The position numbers and the translations under genes were made by a program. Positions 20,801 through 30,752 of a stretch of 35,508 bases of DNA are shown here, piece by piece. The first letter of the stretch is position 1; the number at the start of each line of letters is the position of its first letter. Origin of the DNA: Fidelibacterota bacterium (lineage in GTDB: Bacteria; Fidelibacterota; Marinisomatia; Marinisomatales; JABMOV01); the NCBI GenBank assembly GCA_046861395.1, contig JBHHUC010000020.1:1-35508 (forward strand). Direction: 5' to 3'. A model generated the notes under the pieces. The model saw nothing but the letters and a program-made list of their open reading frames with translations, made no database searches and was not told the DNA's origin.

Positions 20801-21879
20801 GCGAAAGGCTTTTCACTGCGCGACAAGATAATTTGCGATCCCGGCTGTCTGAGCTTGGCCTAGATGGGATGCTGATCAACAATCTCACCAATATCCGTTA
20901 CCTGAGCGGTTTTACCGGTTCCGCGGCGTCCTGCTTGATCACACCGGAAGGTCAGTATTTTATTTCTGACGGACGCTACCTGGAAATGTCCCGTCAGCAG
21001 GTGAAGGGATTCAAGCGCTTTATTTCCAATGATCCTCACCTGGATACTATAAAAAAACACGGATTGATTCGGAAGGGACTCAACCTGGGTTTCGAAGGGG
21101 ATCATGTTTCTGTGAACGCGTACCGGAAAATGTCCGATTTCTTTCCTGAAACCCACTGGGAAGCAACGGAACGGATTGTGGAAGAATTGGCTGCCGTCAA
21201 GGATGAATCCGAAATCGCGGCCCTGAAAACAGCCGTGGAAATTACCGACCAGGTTTATCAGGAAGTTTTACCCCTCATTAAGGTCGGAGTCAGTGAAAAA
21301 AGCATTGCCAATGAATTGCTGATTCGCTATCGCGAATACGGCGATGGGGAAGCGTATGCTCCCATTGTCGCAACAGGCGCCAACGGAGCCTTACCTCATG
21401 CTGTGCCGGGAGACCGGACTTTCCAAAAAGGTGATTTTATCGTCATCGATGCCGCTGCCCGCTATGCCGGTTATCATGCCGACATGACCCGGACGCCGGT
21501 TGTGGGTGAAGCCAGTGAAAAACATCGGCAAATATACGCCATCGTGAAGGAAGCCCAACAGGCCGGTATTGCTGCCGTTCGGAACGGCGTTACCTGCCGG
21601 GATGTCGACGCCGCCACCCGGGATCTCATTACTGACCGGGGATATGGAGAATACTATATTCATGGGACGGGACATGGCATCGGACTGGAAATTCATACCA
21701 TGCCACGAATGAGTCCCATCAGTGAAGATTCCTTAAAAGAAAATTATGTCATCACGATTGAACCGGGAATTTATATTCCGGATTGGGGCGGAGTCCGTAT
21801 TGAGGATGATGTCGTCGTCAAAACCGATTATGGCGAAATTCTGAATAAAACCACCAAAGACCTGGTCGTCCTCACGTAG
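20797..21879 (+). CDS. Xaa-Pro aminopeptidase/dipeptidase (M24B)
   Basis: Creatinase-N NIRYLSGFTGS; ALPHA, YHADMTRT, HGTGHGIGLEIH, TIEPGIY, GVRIEDD. Confidence 0.95.
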   Translation: MSERLFTARQDNLRSRLSELGLDGMLINNLTNIRYLSGFTGSAASCLITPEGQYFISDGRYLEMSRQQVKGFKRFISNDPHLDTIKKHGLIRKGLNLGFEGDHVSVNAYRKMSDFFPETHWEATERIVEELAAVKDESEIAALKTAVEITDQVYQEVLPLIKVGVSEKSIANELLIRYREYGDGEAYAPIVATGANGALPHAVPGDRTFQKGDFIVIDAAARYAGYHADMTRTPVVGEASEKHRQIYAIVKEAQQAGIAAVRNGVTCRDVDAATRDLITDRGYGEYYIHGTGHGIGLEIHTMPRMSPISEDSLKENYVITIEPGIYIPDWGGVRIEDDVVVKTDYGEILNKTTKDLVVLT

Positions 21880-21928
21880 ACACCGGGCCCGAAACGTCCC
21901 CTCCGGACCAAACAGCAGGACGGAAAAA

Positions 21929-22684
21929 GTGAATTCTAATATCCGCAATATTTATGATGATCCCGAAGTGTACGATGCAGCGCATTGGTGGAAAACCAAT
22001 GATATTGACTTTATTTGTGATCTTTGTGAAACGTTGGGAGATCCGATTCTGGAACTGGGAGCCGGGACCGGTCGTCTGGCCCAACCTCTGCTGGCCCGGG
22101 GGTTGAATTACCTGGGACTGGATAACAGTCCGGCCTACGTGGAATGGGCCGGAAAAAAACTGTCAGACTTTCCTTCCGGAAAAATCATTTCCGGAGATAT
22201 GCGTTCCTTCTCACTGCCACAATCATTTCAAACATGTTTCATCGGTTTTAATTCTATTTTTCACCTCATGAATAATGCGGATATTCGCTCGTGCTTCACG
22301 TCCGTATTCCGTCATTTGAATCCCGGTGGGTATTTCTTCATCGATATGTTTTATCCCGATCCCGCCTTTTTATTTCGTGAAGCAAAATCCTATCCTGTCA
22401 TGGAATTCAATCATCCCCGTTTTGGTCCCTGCAAGGTGGAAGAAACCAACGAATATGATTCCGCTACTCAGATCAATGTTATTACCTGGTATTTTCATTA
22501 CACAGAATCTGAGCGCACCGATCGTTATACCTTTGCCATGCACATGATTTTTCCCGATACCATGTTTCACCTGTTGAATGAAGCGGGGTTTATCATTCAA
22601 TCGATGTGGGGCGGATATGATAAGACTCCCTTTACGGAGGACAGCGATTTGCAAATTTATCTTTGCAGGAAACCGGAAGCATAG
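21929..22684 (+). CDS. Class I SAM-dependent methyltransferase
   Basis: ILELGAGTGRL, GLDNS, GDMRSF, HLNPGGYFFID. GTG start. Confidence 0.9.
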   Translation: MNSNIRNIYDDPEVYDAAHWWKTNDIDFICDLCETLGDPILELGAGTGRLAQPLLARGLNYLGLDNSPAYVEWAGKKLSDFPSGKIISGDMRSFSLPQSFQTCFIGFNSIFHLMNNADIRSCFTSVFRHLNPGGYFFIDMFYPDPAFLFREAKSYPVMEFNHPRFGPCKVEETNEYDSATQINVITWYFHYTESERTDRYTFAMHMIFPDTMFHLLNEAGFIIQSMWGGYDKTPFTEDSDLQIYLCRKPEA

Positions 22685-22714
22685 GTGAAGTCTGCGCACC
22701 ATCCCGATGAAACA

Positions 22715-23320
22715 ATGATTAAGGTCGTTTTCTGTGATATCGGCGGCGTACTACTCACGCTGGACCCGGAACGGACCGTTACCCTCTGGGCTCGGAAAGC
22801 CGGCGTATCGCCCGATCACATTCGCTCCCGTTTTCCCCTGGACTTGCACCACCAATACGAACGAGGAATGCTTACTGATAAGGAATTCTATTCGGCTTTA
22901 GTTCGGGAAATGCAGATCCCTGCCCTTTCGTTCACTGACTTCCGTGCCGGCTGGAGGACCCTGATCGGCGATGAAACAGGATTCTGGACCATATTGCGGC
23001 AAACTTTTCCCAGGTGTCCCGTCTGGCTGTTATCCAACACCAACCCATTACACATTAACGGTGATTTGCCGAATCGTTTTTCTTTCTTCAAGGATGTGGA
23101 CGGTGCCATTTTTTCGTATGAAGTCCGGCATCGCAAACCGGAACCGGGAATATTTCATTATGCCTGTCGGGTGGCCGGCGTCGCCCCGGCGGAGGCCTTA
23201 TTTATCGATGATTCGGAAGAAAATATTCAAGCCGCAGACCAATTGGGCTTCCACACTATTCATTACCGGATTCTTGAAACCAGTCAATCCGAGCTGGAAC
23301 GCCTGGTGAGGCTGCGGTGA
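22715..23320 (+). CDS. HAD-family phosphatase (YihX-like)
   Basis: VVFCDIGGVL, LLSNTN, RKPEPGIF, LFIDDSEENI..A..LG. Likely start is ATG 22715 (alternative GTG 22685). Confidence 0.88.
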   Translation: MIKVVFCDIGGVLLTLDPERTVTLWARKAGVSPDHIRSRFPLDLHHQYERGMLTDKEFYSALVREMQIPALSFTDFRAGWRTLIGDETGFWTILRQTFPRCPVWLLSNTNPLHINGDLPNRFSFFKDVDGAIFSYEVRHRKPEPGIFHYACRVAGVAPAEALFIDDSEENIQAADQLGFHTIHYRILETSQSELERLVRLR

Positions 23321-24030
23321 CCGAATTCATCCATACCGGACGGGAGAAAAAGCAATTCGTGCAGAATATGTTCGACGATATCTCCGGCCGCTATGATTTT
23401 CTCAATCACCTACTCAGTTTCGGGATCGATTATTACTGGCGTTTCCGCTTGTTGCGTTCCCTGCCCGATACCCTGGCACAACCAGTGCTGGATGTGGCAA
23501 CCGGAACCGGTGATGTGGGTTTTCTTCTGCAGAATAAATATCCCGGCACCATGATAGTCGGACTGGATTATTCCTTTCAAATGACCCGGCAGTGTTTGAA
23601 AAAAATTACCGGCCGGCAGGCACCCTCTTTTCATGTGATTCAGGGAGATGGCGAAAAGCTGCCTTTCCCGGATCAGACCTTTTCCGCCATTACCATCGCA
23701 TTCGGTTTTCGCAATATTGGTCACTATGATTCGGCTCTGGCGGAATTCCACCGTGTATTGATTCCCGGCGGAACATTGCATATTCTAGAATTCGCCCAAC
23801 CCCGGCCTTCGCTTTGGGGCCGTCTTTATACCTGGTATTTCACCACGGTTCTGCCTAAGATCGGCGCCTTTTTTTCCCGAGCCGATGCCTATCGTTATCT
23901 GCCCGAATCTGTGGCCGCTTTTCCTTCCCGCGATGCTCTGAGCTCTCTCCTGATGGAGCAGGGCTTTCACGCAGTAAAGATTCAAAATTTAACTTTCGGT
24001 ACGGTAACCTTGATTACAGCCGCCGTCTGA
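23317..24030 (+). CDS. ubiE: Demethylmenaquinone methyltransferase, UbiE/MenG family
   Basis: VQNMFDDIS.RYDFLNHLLSFGID..WR, LDVATGTGD, ITIAFGFRN, RVLIPGG, AYRYLPESV..FP. Confidence 0.92.
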   Translation: MTEFIHTGREKKQFVQNMFDDISGRYDFLNHLLSFGIDYYWRFRLLRSLPDTLAQPVLDVATGTGDVGFLLQNKYPGTMIVGLDYSFQMTRQCLKKITGRQAPSFHVIQGDGEKLPFPDQTFSAITIAFGFRNIGHYDSALAEFHRVLIPGGTLHILEFAQPRPSLWGRLYTWYFTTVLPKIGAFFSRADAYRYLPESVAAFPSRDALSSLLMEQGFHAVKIQNLTFGTVTLITAAV

Positions 24031-24061
24031 TCTATTTTTATCCTTAATTACGGAACACATC

Positions 24062-26959
24062 ATGGTTAAAAAATTCATTTTTGGGATTCTGATTCTTCAA
24101 TTTTCCTTTTCTCAGGGAACCTGGCAATGGTCCGGCCGCACACATCCTGAACTGAAATGGCGAACGTTAGTGACTGAGCATTTCAATGTTCATTATCATG
24201 AAGGGATTGAGGATCTTGCGCGTCAAGGTGCATCTATTGCCGAACAAGTGCTGCCGGTGCTTCTATCCCAGATGGGCCTAGAATCCATCCCACGCATTGA
24301 TATTACCTTCACCGCCGAGGATGAAGTGATGAACGGCTATGCCCTTTTCTCCCGTATGGTGTTTATCTGGGTGGATCAAAATGATGCGGCCATCTGGCTG
24401 GAAGACGAAAAATGGCTCTATCAGGTAACGGCGCATGAATTACAGCATATTGTGCTTATGGAAGCAGTGAAATCCTGGATGCCGGAACCGTTCGGATTAC
24501 TGACCTCCGGCATTCCCGGCTGGTTCATTGAAGGCACCGCTGAATTTTATACTGAACGCTGGCGTCCCTACCGGGCCGATTTAGCCCATAAATGGCATAC
24601 CCTGAAACGGAAAGAGGATAATATGAATCCTCACCATGACGGTTTTTCCAAACTCTTGTATCTGGCAGATCAATTTGGCGACTCCTCCCTGATCCATATT
24701 GTGCAATATCGGAATAAACTGAAATTATTCAATTTCAAAGATGGATTTAAAAAAGCCACCGGCTTGACCACCGAACAGTTCGAAGAGGACTGGCGCCGGC
24801 ATATGAATACCTATTATTATGGATATCGGGCTCAAAAAGAACGAATCAGGGATATTGGGGAATTATTTACTCTTCCATTAAAATCAATGGTCAATGTAAT
24901 GATTTCTCCTGACAGCCTTCACATGGCTGTCATCGGGCGAAAAGATGAGGATCAGGGTGACTTGTCCCTGTTCATTCTGTCACGCGATACGACGAAAAAG
25001 AAAAAGAATTGGTTCGCGCAACTGATTCCTGGCAAGGCAACCGAAGATTCTTCCGGAAAGAAGAATCCGGCCGTACAATGGGATGTTGAAGAAGTGGATT
25101 TTGGCCGGATACATTCCGGACTGTCCTGGTCACCGGACAGTAAACAACTGGCCTACAGTAAATATCATTATGGCAAACATCAGACTATGATCTGGGATAT
25201 CGGGTTAGTGGATGTGACGACCGGAAAGCGACATTGGCTAACAAAATCACAGCGGGCCAACCAGCCTGCCTGGTCACCGGATGGTAAGGATATCGTCTAT
25301 GTCGCCCATCATAATTCCACGTCCGATTTTTTCCGGATTCCGGCCCAGGGAGGAGAACCGCAACAATTGACCCACAATCCCTACGACACACAATTACTGT
25401 CACCGGCCTTTTCACCGGATGGGAAATTGCTGGCCTACGGTAAAGCCGGTCCGGACGGAAATATGGATATCTATACCCTTGCCATAGCCACCGGAGAAGA
25501 ACAACGACTGACGGAGAATCCTGACGTGGATTATCTGCCCGTCTGGCACCCGGATGGGAAACATATTACCTACACTTCGCACCGCGGTTCGACACCCAAT
25601 TTATACACCATTGCTTTGAATCCAGCCAACCCGACCCAAGTGACGGATGTGGGTGATGCCGTATGGTCTGCCCAGTGGATACCCGGGGATACCACTATCC
25701 TGGCCCGGACCCTTTCCGATGTCGATTCCATCCGTCTGGCCCGGGTTGATCCCTTCCGTGTCCCCACGGCATCGGACCTGAATTTCAACCCGGTTTTCAC
25801 AGATTGGCGAAGGCACAAGCCCGTCCCGGCTCTCCCCACCATGGATTTGACCTGGCCCATTACGGTTAAAGAAGACCGGGCCTACCGGTTCACGCGCCAC
25901 ATCAAACATCTTACATCCTATATTTTGCCCTTGGATTATATACAGGGCATGACGGTCTGGTCCGATGCCATGGGTCGCCACATCTTCCAAGCCGCTGTCT
26001 TTACTGATTGGAATTTCCGTTACCCGGCCTGGTTGTTTTCCTATCTAAATGCCGCTTCCGGACCGCTCTGGGGTTTCGACTATATGGAACAAATCAATTA
26101 TATTTACCAGACCTACGAAAATCATCCGCTGTGGGAAGCAGAAGATGGTGTCCGGCTCTGGGCCTCCCAGACCTGGAATGCAGGTTATTCTCTGGCAACC
26201 AATCATACCCTGCGATCCGAATTTCGATTCCTGAATCGTACCGCGTATTTTGATATTGTTTCGAAGGAGCTGCCAAATCCGGACTCCGGTCGGGAAGGTC
26301 GAATGGTTATTGACTATCGCTGGGTATCCCGCCGTCCGTTCCGCTCCAATCAGGACCTGCCCCGGCAAGGATGGGGATTGAATCTGACCTATTCCCTCTC
26401 CAGTGAAAAAATATATGGTGAATTCAATTACAGTCGTTTTCGGCTGGACGCCTTCCGCAATATCGGACTTCCAACCGGGGCCTTATTTATCCGCAGCCGC
26501 TACCAATCACTGCAAGGGTCCAATCCTCCCGGCCAGGAATTGGTCGGACTGACCGATGACTGGGTTCTGTACTTACCCGGAGCCTCCGGAGCTCTCCTAG
26601 GCTATGAAACCATGAATCCTCGGGGTTGGGAAGGAATTCGGCTGGGAGATCAGGCCTATATGACAACCGTTGAACTGCGGTTACCCTTCCTGGATAAATT
26701 CCCTATTATCAATGTGCTGGGATTCACATTCGGCAGTATAACGGCCGCCGTATATTCCGATTACGCAAATGCCTGGTATAACGGGATAACACCGGAAGAA
26801 CCTATATTTACGGCCGGGGGAGAGGCCCGTATCGCAATTGCAGTACAAAATATGCCCATCGTGATTGTATCGTACGGAACGGGTCAATTAATCGAAGAAT
26901 GGAAACAAGACAATGTCCCTAATAATTATTTACGCTTTGCGCTTATCAATCCCTTTTAG
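24062..26959 (+). CDS. Zincin-like domain + PD40/TolB-like beta-propeller + Omp85-like C-terminal barrel protein
   Basis: Signal peptide; TAHELQH (HExxH) and GWFIEGTAEF; repeated WSPDG/FSPDG/WHPDG; C-terminal beta region with MNPRGW and terminal NPF. Confidence 0.75.
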   Translation: MVKKFIFGILILQFSFSQGTWQWSGRTHPELKWRTLVTEHFNVHYHEGIEDLARQGASIAEQVLPVLLSQMGLESIPRIDITFTAEDEVMNGYALFSRMVFIWVDQNDAAIWLEDEKWLYQVTAHELQHIVLMEAVKSWMPEPFGLLTSGIPGWFIEGTAEFYTERWRPYRADLAHKWHTLKRKEDNMNPHHDGFSKLLYLADQFGDSSLIHIVQYRNKLKLFNFKDGFKKATGLTTEQFEEDWRRHMNTYYYGYRAQKERIRDIGELFTLPLKSMVNVMISPDSLHMAVIGRKDEDQGDLSLFILSRDTTKKKKNWFAQLIPGKATEDSSGKKNPAVQWDVEEVDFGRIHSGLSWSPDSKQLAYSKYHYGKHQTMIWDIGLVDVTTGKRHWLTKSQRANQPAWSPDGKDIVYVAHHNSTSDFFRIPAQGGEPQQLTHNPYDTQLLSPAFSPDGKLLAYGKAGPDGNMDIYTLAIATGEEQRLTENPDVDYLPVWHPDGKHITYTSHRGSTPNLYTIALNPANPTQVTDVGDAVWSAQWIPGDTTILARTLSDVDSIRLARVDPFRVPTASDLNFNPVFTDWRRHKPVPALPTMDLTWPITVKEDRAYRFTRHIKHLTSYILPLDYIQGMTVWSDAMGRHIFQAAVFTDWNFRYPAWLFSYLNAASGPLWGFDYMEQINYIYQTYENHPLWEAEDGVRLWASQTWNAGYSLATNHTLRSEFRFLNRTAYFDIVSKELPNPDSGREGRMVIDYRWVSRRPFRSNQDLPRQGWGLNLTYSLSSEKIYGEFNYSRFRLDAFRNIGLPTGALFIRSRYQSLQGSNPPGQELVGLTDDWVLYLPGASGALLGYETMNPRGWEGIRLGDQAYMTTVELRLPFLDKFPIINVLGFTFGSITAAVYSDYANAWYNGITPEEPIFTAGGEARIAIAVQNMPIVIVSYGTGQLIEEWKQDNVPNNYLRFALINPF

Positions 26960-26989
26960 GAATACTGAGAGACCATAGGAGGATACGCC

Positions 26990-28234
26990 ATGAACAAACG
27001 ATTCAATATCCTGGCTGGATTCATGCTATTCATCCTGGCTTGCCCAAAATTGATTGATGAGAAAACCACGGGCCGGATCATTGTTGAAAATGATCCGGCC
27101 AAATTGGCCCTGCGGGTCATTCCACGCAATGAAATCATTCCCATCGACACCTTGGCCACCGGTAACAGAAAAACAATGGCGATTCAGGACACCATTATAC
27201 TGACCCTGGTGGCGGAAGTGGAACCACCGCTTTGGAACGGAGACACTCTGCAGGCCAATGATGTGAAAATCAAGGGTCATTTTGCCTATGTGGCATATAA
27301 TGTGGCCGGTGAAACCTTCCTGGGCGGGGTGGATGTATTCGATATTCAGGATATTTATTTTCCCCAACTCATATCACAGGCTCTTTTTACCGATACGGAT
27401 GTCAACGGCCTTACTTATAAAAATAATTATCTTTACCTTGCTTCCGCCACCGCCAGTCCGGACTACTCTTCGCCGGCCATCCTTGAGCGCCTTGGGGTAA
27501 ATAACGGCGTACTGTCTAACAATAGTACCATCGTGGATATTCCCAGCTGGGCCGCCACCGATGTGGATTTGGCCGGTAACTTCATTTTCGTTTCCTCCGG
27601 CGCAGATAATGGTTACGTCACCACCCTGGATAAAAATTCCCTGGCCAAAACCGATTCCCTCTCCGTGGAGGATGCCCGGGGCGTGGATGGTGACGGTAAC
27701 GATATTGGAGTTGTGGCCGGGACACCCGCCCGGTTACTCACCTTTGACAAGAATGATGGAACTTTGTTAAATGACTATTCCCTGAACGGCGCAACGATTC
27801 CGTTTTCCAAATCCACAATTAAACTGCGTAAAGGAAAGGCTATTCTGGGACTCGGGGATGGTGGAACGCAAATTGTGTGTCTCAGTGATGGATCGCTTAT
27901 CGATTCCATTCCTCAGCCTCTGCTAAATGATCTTCCGGCCACCAAAACGGTGACCAATTCCGTATCAGCGGATAAACGATTATTGTTTATTGCCAATGGT
28001 GAAGCCGGCGTCTATATTGCGGCTACCAATAGTAATCTGAACAAAAATACCTGCTCCCTGGACAGTCTCCACATGGTGGGGAAATTTCGTTTTGGAACCG
28101 ATCAGTCCGCCAATCATGTGGAGTACAATAATGATGTTCTCTTTGTGGCGACCGGACTAGGCGGACTGAAAATCCTGACAGTTGAAATGAACAACAATCA
28201 GGATGACAGCGATGATGAAGACGACCACGACTAA
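26990..28234 (+). CDS. LVIVD-like beta-propeller lipoprotein with acidic tail
   Basis: AGGAGG RBS; lipobox ILAC; repeats GHFAYVAYN..GGVDVFDI, LLFIANGEAGVYIA and VLFVATGLGGLKIL; tail QDDSDDEDDHD. Confidence 0.7.
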   Translation: MNKRFNILAGFMLFILACPKLIDEKTTGRIIVENDPAKLALRVIPRNEIIPIDTLATGNRKTMAIQDTIILTLVAEVEPPLWNGDTLQANDVKIKGHFAYVAYNVAGETFLGGVDVFDIQDIYFPQLISQALFTDTDVNGLTYKNNYLYLASATASPDYSSPAILERLGVNNGVLSNNSTIVDIPSWAATDVDLAGNFIFVSSGADNGYVTTLDKNSLAKTDSLSVEDARGVDGDGNDIGVVAGTPARLLTFDKNDGTLLNDYSLNGATIPFSKSTIKLRKGKAILGLGDGGTQIVCLSDGSLIDSIPQPLLNDLPATKTVTNSVSADKRLLFIANGEAGVYIAATNSNLNKNTCSLDSLHMVGKFRFGTDQSANHVEYNNDVLFVATGLGGLKILTVEMNNNQDDSDDEDDHD

Positions 28235-29418
28235 GGCTTGAGCGTGCGAAAATATTCAGCCAGAATGTGGGTGACCAGAGGACGGTAAAATTTCCAGAAA
28301 AAATCCCGGCGATCTGTAATATCCCGGGGATTGTAAAAGAAAGTCTGGAACCAGTGAATGCCCCTGAAGCGGGCAGTATGCGGGGAAATGGGATTATCGG
28401 AAAAATCACCGGCAAAATAATAAAATCCGCCGCCAGCGTCGGTGCGTATGACCGCCGGAAAGGTGGGTAAAATTCCGTGTGACAACAGTAATGAATCACC
28501 CATATCGGTCGTATAGAGAGTATAATACGCCAAAATATGATCCGGGCTATTGGGTTGCATGATATCAAACCAGAAGGGATATTCCATATACTTGGGTAAA
28601 CCGTATCGCTGGCGGTGTACCTTTTTCGTATTAATCACCGGAACTTTACGCTTCAGGTGTTTATCCTCTTCCAAAATGAAAAGACGACCGCTGCGATGCA
28701 CAAAGATAATTCCCGATCCCCGGAAGGGCCAGGTCCCATCGTATTGCGCCATGTAATTTTCCGGTAACCATTCGGGAATATCTCTGTTTTCCAGCGTATC
28801 CAGAGATTCCATGAAACGACCTACCCAGCCGGTCCAGTGGATACCGAATATATTTTCCACGCGTTGCCGAACCAGGTGGGACGTCGGTGAGCCGATAAAA
28901 TTAAATTCCCCAATCACCAAATGATCATTCTCGGCCATTTTTTTCAGGAAATCGACCTCTGGCATGGAAAGACCCCCATACACCAGACGATTCCGACCTT
29001 GATGATCGGGATTCAGGTCCTTCTGATAAACACCGTACGATTCAGCGACATATGCAACCTGATAATGATGCGCCAGTGAATCAATATCCTGTTCCGATTT
29101 TCCGCTCAGATCACGGATTGTAAACCCCCGATTTCCCGCCAGCGGCAAAAAGCCGTAATAATCCTGTCGCCGGTCATGCAGGTTCTGAGTCTGCTTACAA
29201 TATTTTTCCTGGGTCAGGACCCAGGCCAGCGAACGATGTTCAGAAACATCTGTGTCAAGTACGGTCTTGTCTAGGATGAAGACGGGCAGGACTTTCCGCG
29301 GGGCTGCCAGCCAGACCATCCACATCACTACGGGGATCACAATAAATGAAATAAGAATATAGCGAATGACAACAATTTCCAGCGGGCGCCGGATGGTGCG
29401 AAACATACCCGAAAACAT
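28231..29418 (-). CDS. Membrane-anchored hypothetical protein, last gene of the GT2 operon
   Basis: One N-terminal TM helix, then an alpha/beta domain (VFILDKTV..EHRSL.WVL..EKY; YGGL...LVIGEFN; WTGWVGRF; YYFAGDFSD). Begins 5 nt after the preceding stop. Confidence 0.7.
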   Translation of the reverse strand: MFSGMFRTIRRPLEIVVIRYILISFIVIPVVMWMVWLAAPRKVLPVFILDKTVLDTDVSEHRSLAWVLTQEKYCKQTQNLHDRRQDYYGFLPLAGNRGFTIRDLSGKSEQDIDSLAHHYQVAYVAESYGVYQKDLNPDHQGRNRLVYGGLSMPEVDFLKKMAENDHLVIGEFNFIGSPTSHLVRQRVENIFGIHWTGWVGRFMESLDTLENRDIPEWLPENYMAQYDGTWPFRGSGIIFVHRSGRLFILEEDKHLKRKVPVINTKKVHRQRYGLPKYMEYPFWFDIMQPNSPDHILAYYTLYTTDMGDSLLLSHGILPTFPAVIRTDAGGGFYYFAGDFSDNPISPHTARFRGIHWFQTFFYNPRDITDRRDFFWKFYRPLVTHILAEYFRTLKP

Positions 29419-29423
29419 GAGCG

Positions 29424-30752
29424 TTAATTCAAGTTCAGCCAGTAGCCGAAGGTAATCGTCTGGGTGTACGTTGTTGCTTCATCGCGGTAGGCCCAGTTGA
29501 GGAAGACGAGGTGGTCTCCAAGAAGTTTATGTTGCCAGCGGATTTCATAGAGAAACGCCTCGGCTCGCGATAAGTCCGTGAGAGAAAGGATTTGACTGGG
29601 AACGGCACTCCAGCCATAGGAAATTTCAAAGAATTCATTGGCGGCTTTCAAAAAACGTCGCGCCGAGAATTGATACAATCGACTGGTCGTCGATCCGCTG
29701 GGAACCCACAGAAATTTACTGCGCAGGTACCAATTTCCATTGTATCGCGCCAGCGTCCAGTGATAGATATTAACTGGATTATTGGAAAAATTCATCCGAG
29801 CCGTGGAATAGGACACTTCCCATTTTTTTCCAACACCCTGGAAAATTTCCAGACGTACGACACTGTACGGTATGAAATTGGGTGCCTGGGCCAATTGGAA
29901 AAAGACATTCAGATAGGACTTATTCCAGGTGTTCACGTAGGAATCCAGTCCGAAGGCCCCATCCTGATCCGCCCCTCGTGAATATTGCATCCCATGGAGA
30001 ATGAAGGTCCCCATGCGACTGGCAATCTTGCCCATTTCATGGTAGGCTGACCAACTCAAATTATCGTCCCGAGAAAAAACTTCATTGGTGTAGAGGATAC
30101 CGCCATTCAGCAGGGCCTGTCCGGGTGCCCGATTGATTTCCTGGAGCAGAGAATAGGTTTCACGGGGATTCCCACCCATATCGATTGCCCGGGTAAGGTC
30201 TTCCCGAGCTTCATTTACATTGCTTTTCGCCGCATAAATCTTTCCTCGTTTCAGATAATATTCGGCATTATCCGGATCCAGCTCAATGAGGTAGGTGAAA
30301 ATCTCTTCCGCTTCCTCCGGCTTGTTCCACCACAGGTATAAATCCCCCAGAGCCGCCCAGGCATCCTGATAATCGGGAAAACGCTGGGTCACGCGGACAA
30401 ATTCTTTTTCCGCTTCCTCGTACCGCCCCTCCCAGGCATAGACTCGCGCCCGTCCCAGAATGGCATCCGGATCATTTGTATAATATTTCAGAATACGATT
30501 GTAATAATCCACGGCAGCCGAATAATCCTGTTCGTACCCCTTGATTTTGGCCATGGCTATCAGAGCATCATAGGAGGTTGAGTCCCGCTTCAAGAATAAT
30601 TGTAACGAAATGGTGGCTAGTTTATAATTCCCAGCCTCCATTCGGGCCTGAGCTTGAGACAGGAGCTGGACGTAGGATGTATCCGGCTGGGCCATCCCTG
30701 CCGTCAGCATCATAAGCAGACAACATGTCCAAATTAATCTATCAGGATTCAA
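29424..30752 (-). CDS. TPR + YaiO-family outer-membrane beta-barrel protein
   Basis: TTG start overlapping the GT2 stop; signal peptide; about 5 TPRs (LGRARVYAWEGRYEEAEKEF); C-terminal aromatic amphipathic strands (YNGNWYLRSKF...SARRFL...FFEISYG...TITFGYW). Confidence 0.75.
   Translation of the reverse strand: MNPDRLIWTCCLLMMLTAGMAQPDTSYVQLLSQAQARMEAGNYKLATISLQLFLKRDSTSYDALIAMAKIKGYEQDYSAAVDYYNRILKYYTNDPDAILGRARVYAWEGRYEEAEKEFVRVTQRFPDYQDAWAALGDLYLWWNKPEEAEEIFTYLIELDPDNAEYYLKRGKIYAAKSNVNEAREDLTRAIDMGGNPRETYSLLQEINRAPGQALLNGGILYTNEVFSRDDNLSWSAYHEMGKIASRMGTFILHGMQYSRGADQDGAFGLDSYVNTWNKSYLNVFFQLAQAPNFIPYSVVRLEIFQGVGKKWEVSYSTARMNFSNNPVNIYHWTLARYNGNWYLRSKFLWVPSGSTTSRLYQFSARRFLKAANEFFEISYGWSAVPSQILSLTDLSRAEAFLYEIRWQHKLLGDHLVFLNWAYRDEATTYTQTITFGYWLNLN

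Noticed and set aside
28023..28568. 181-aa minus-strand ORF spanning the convergent junction
   Set aside because: It lies out of frame within 28231-29418 and antisense to the lipoprotein, with no protein-like motifs.
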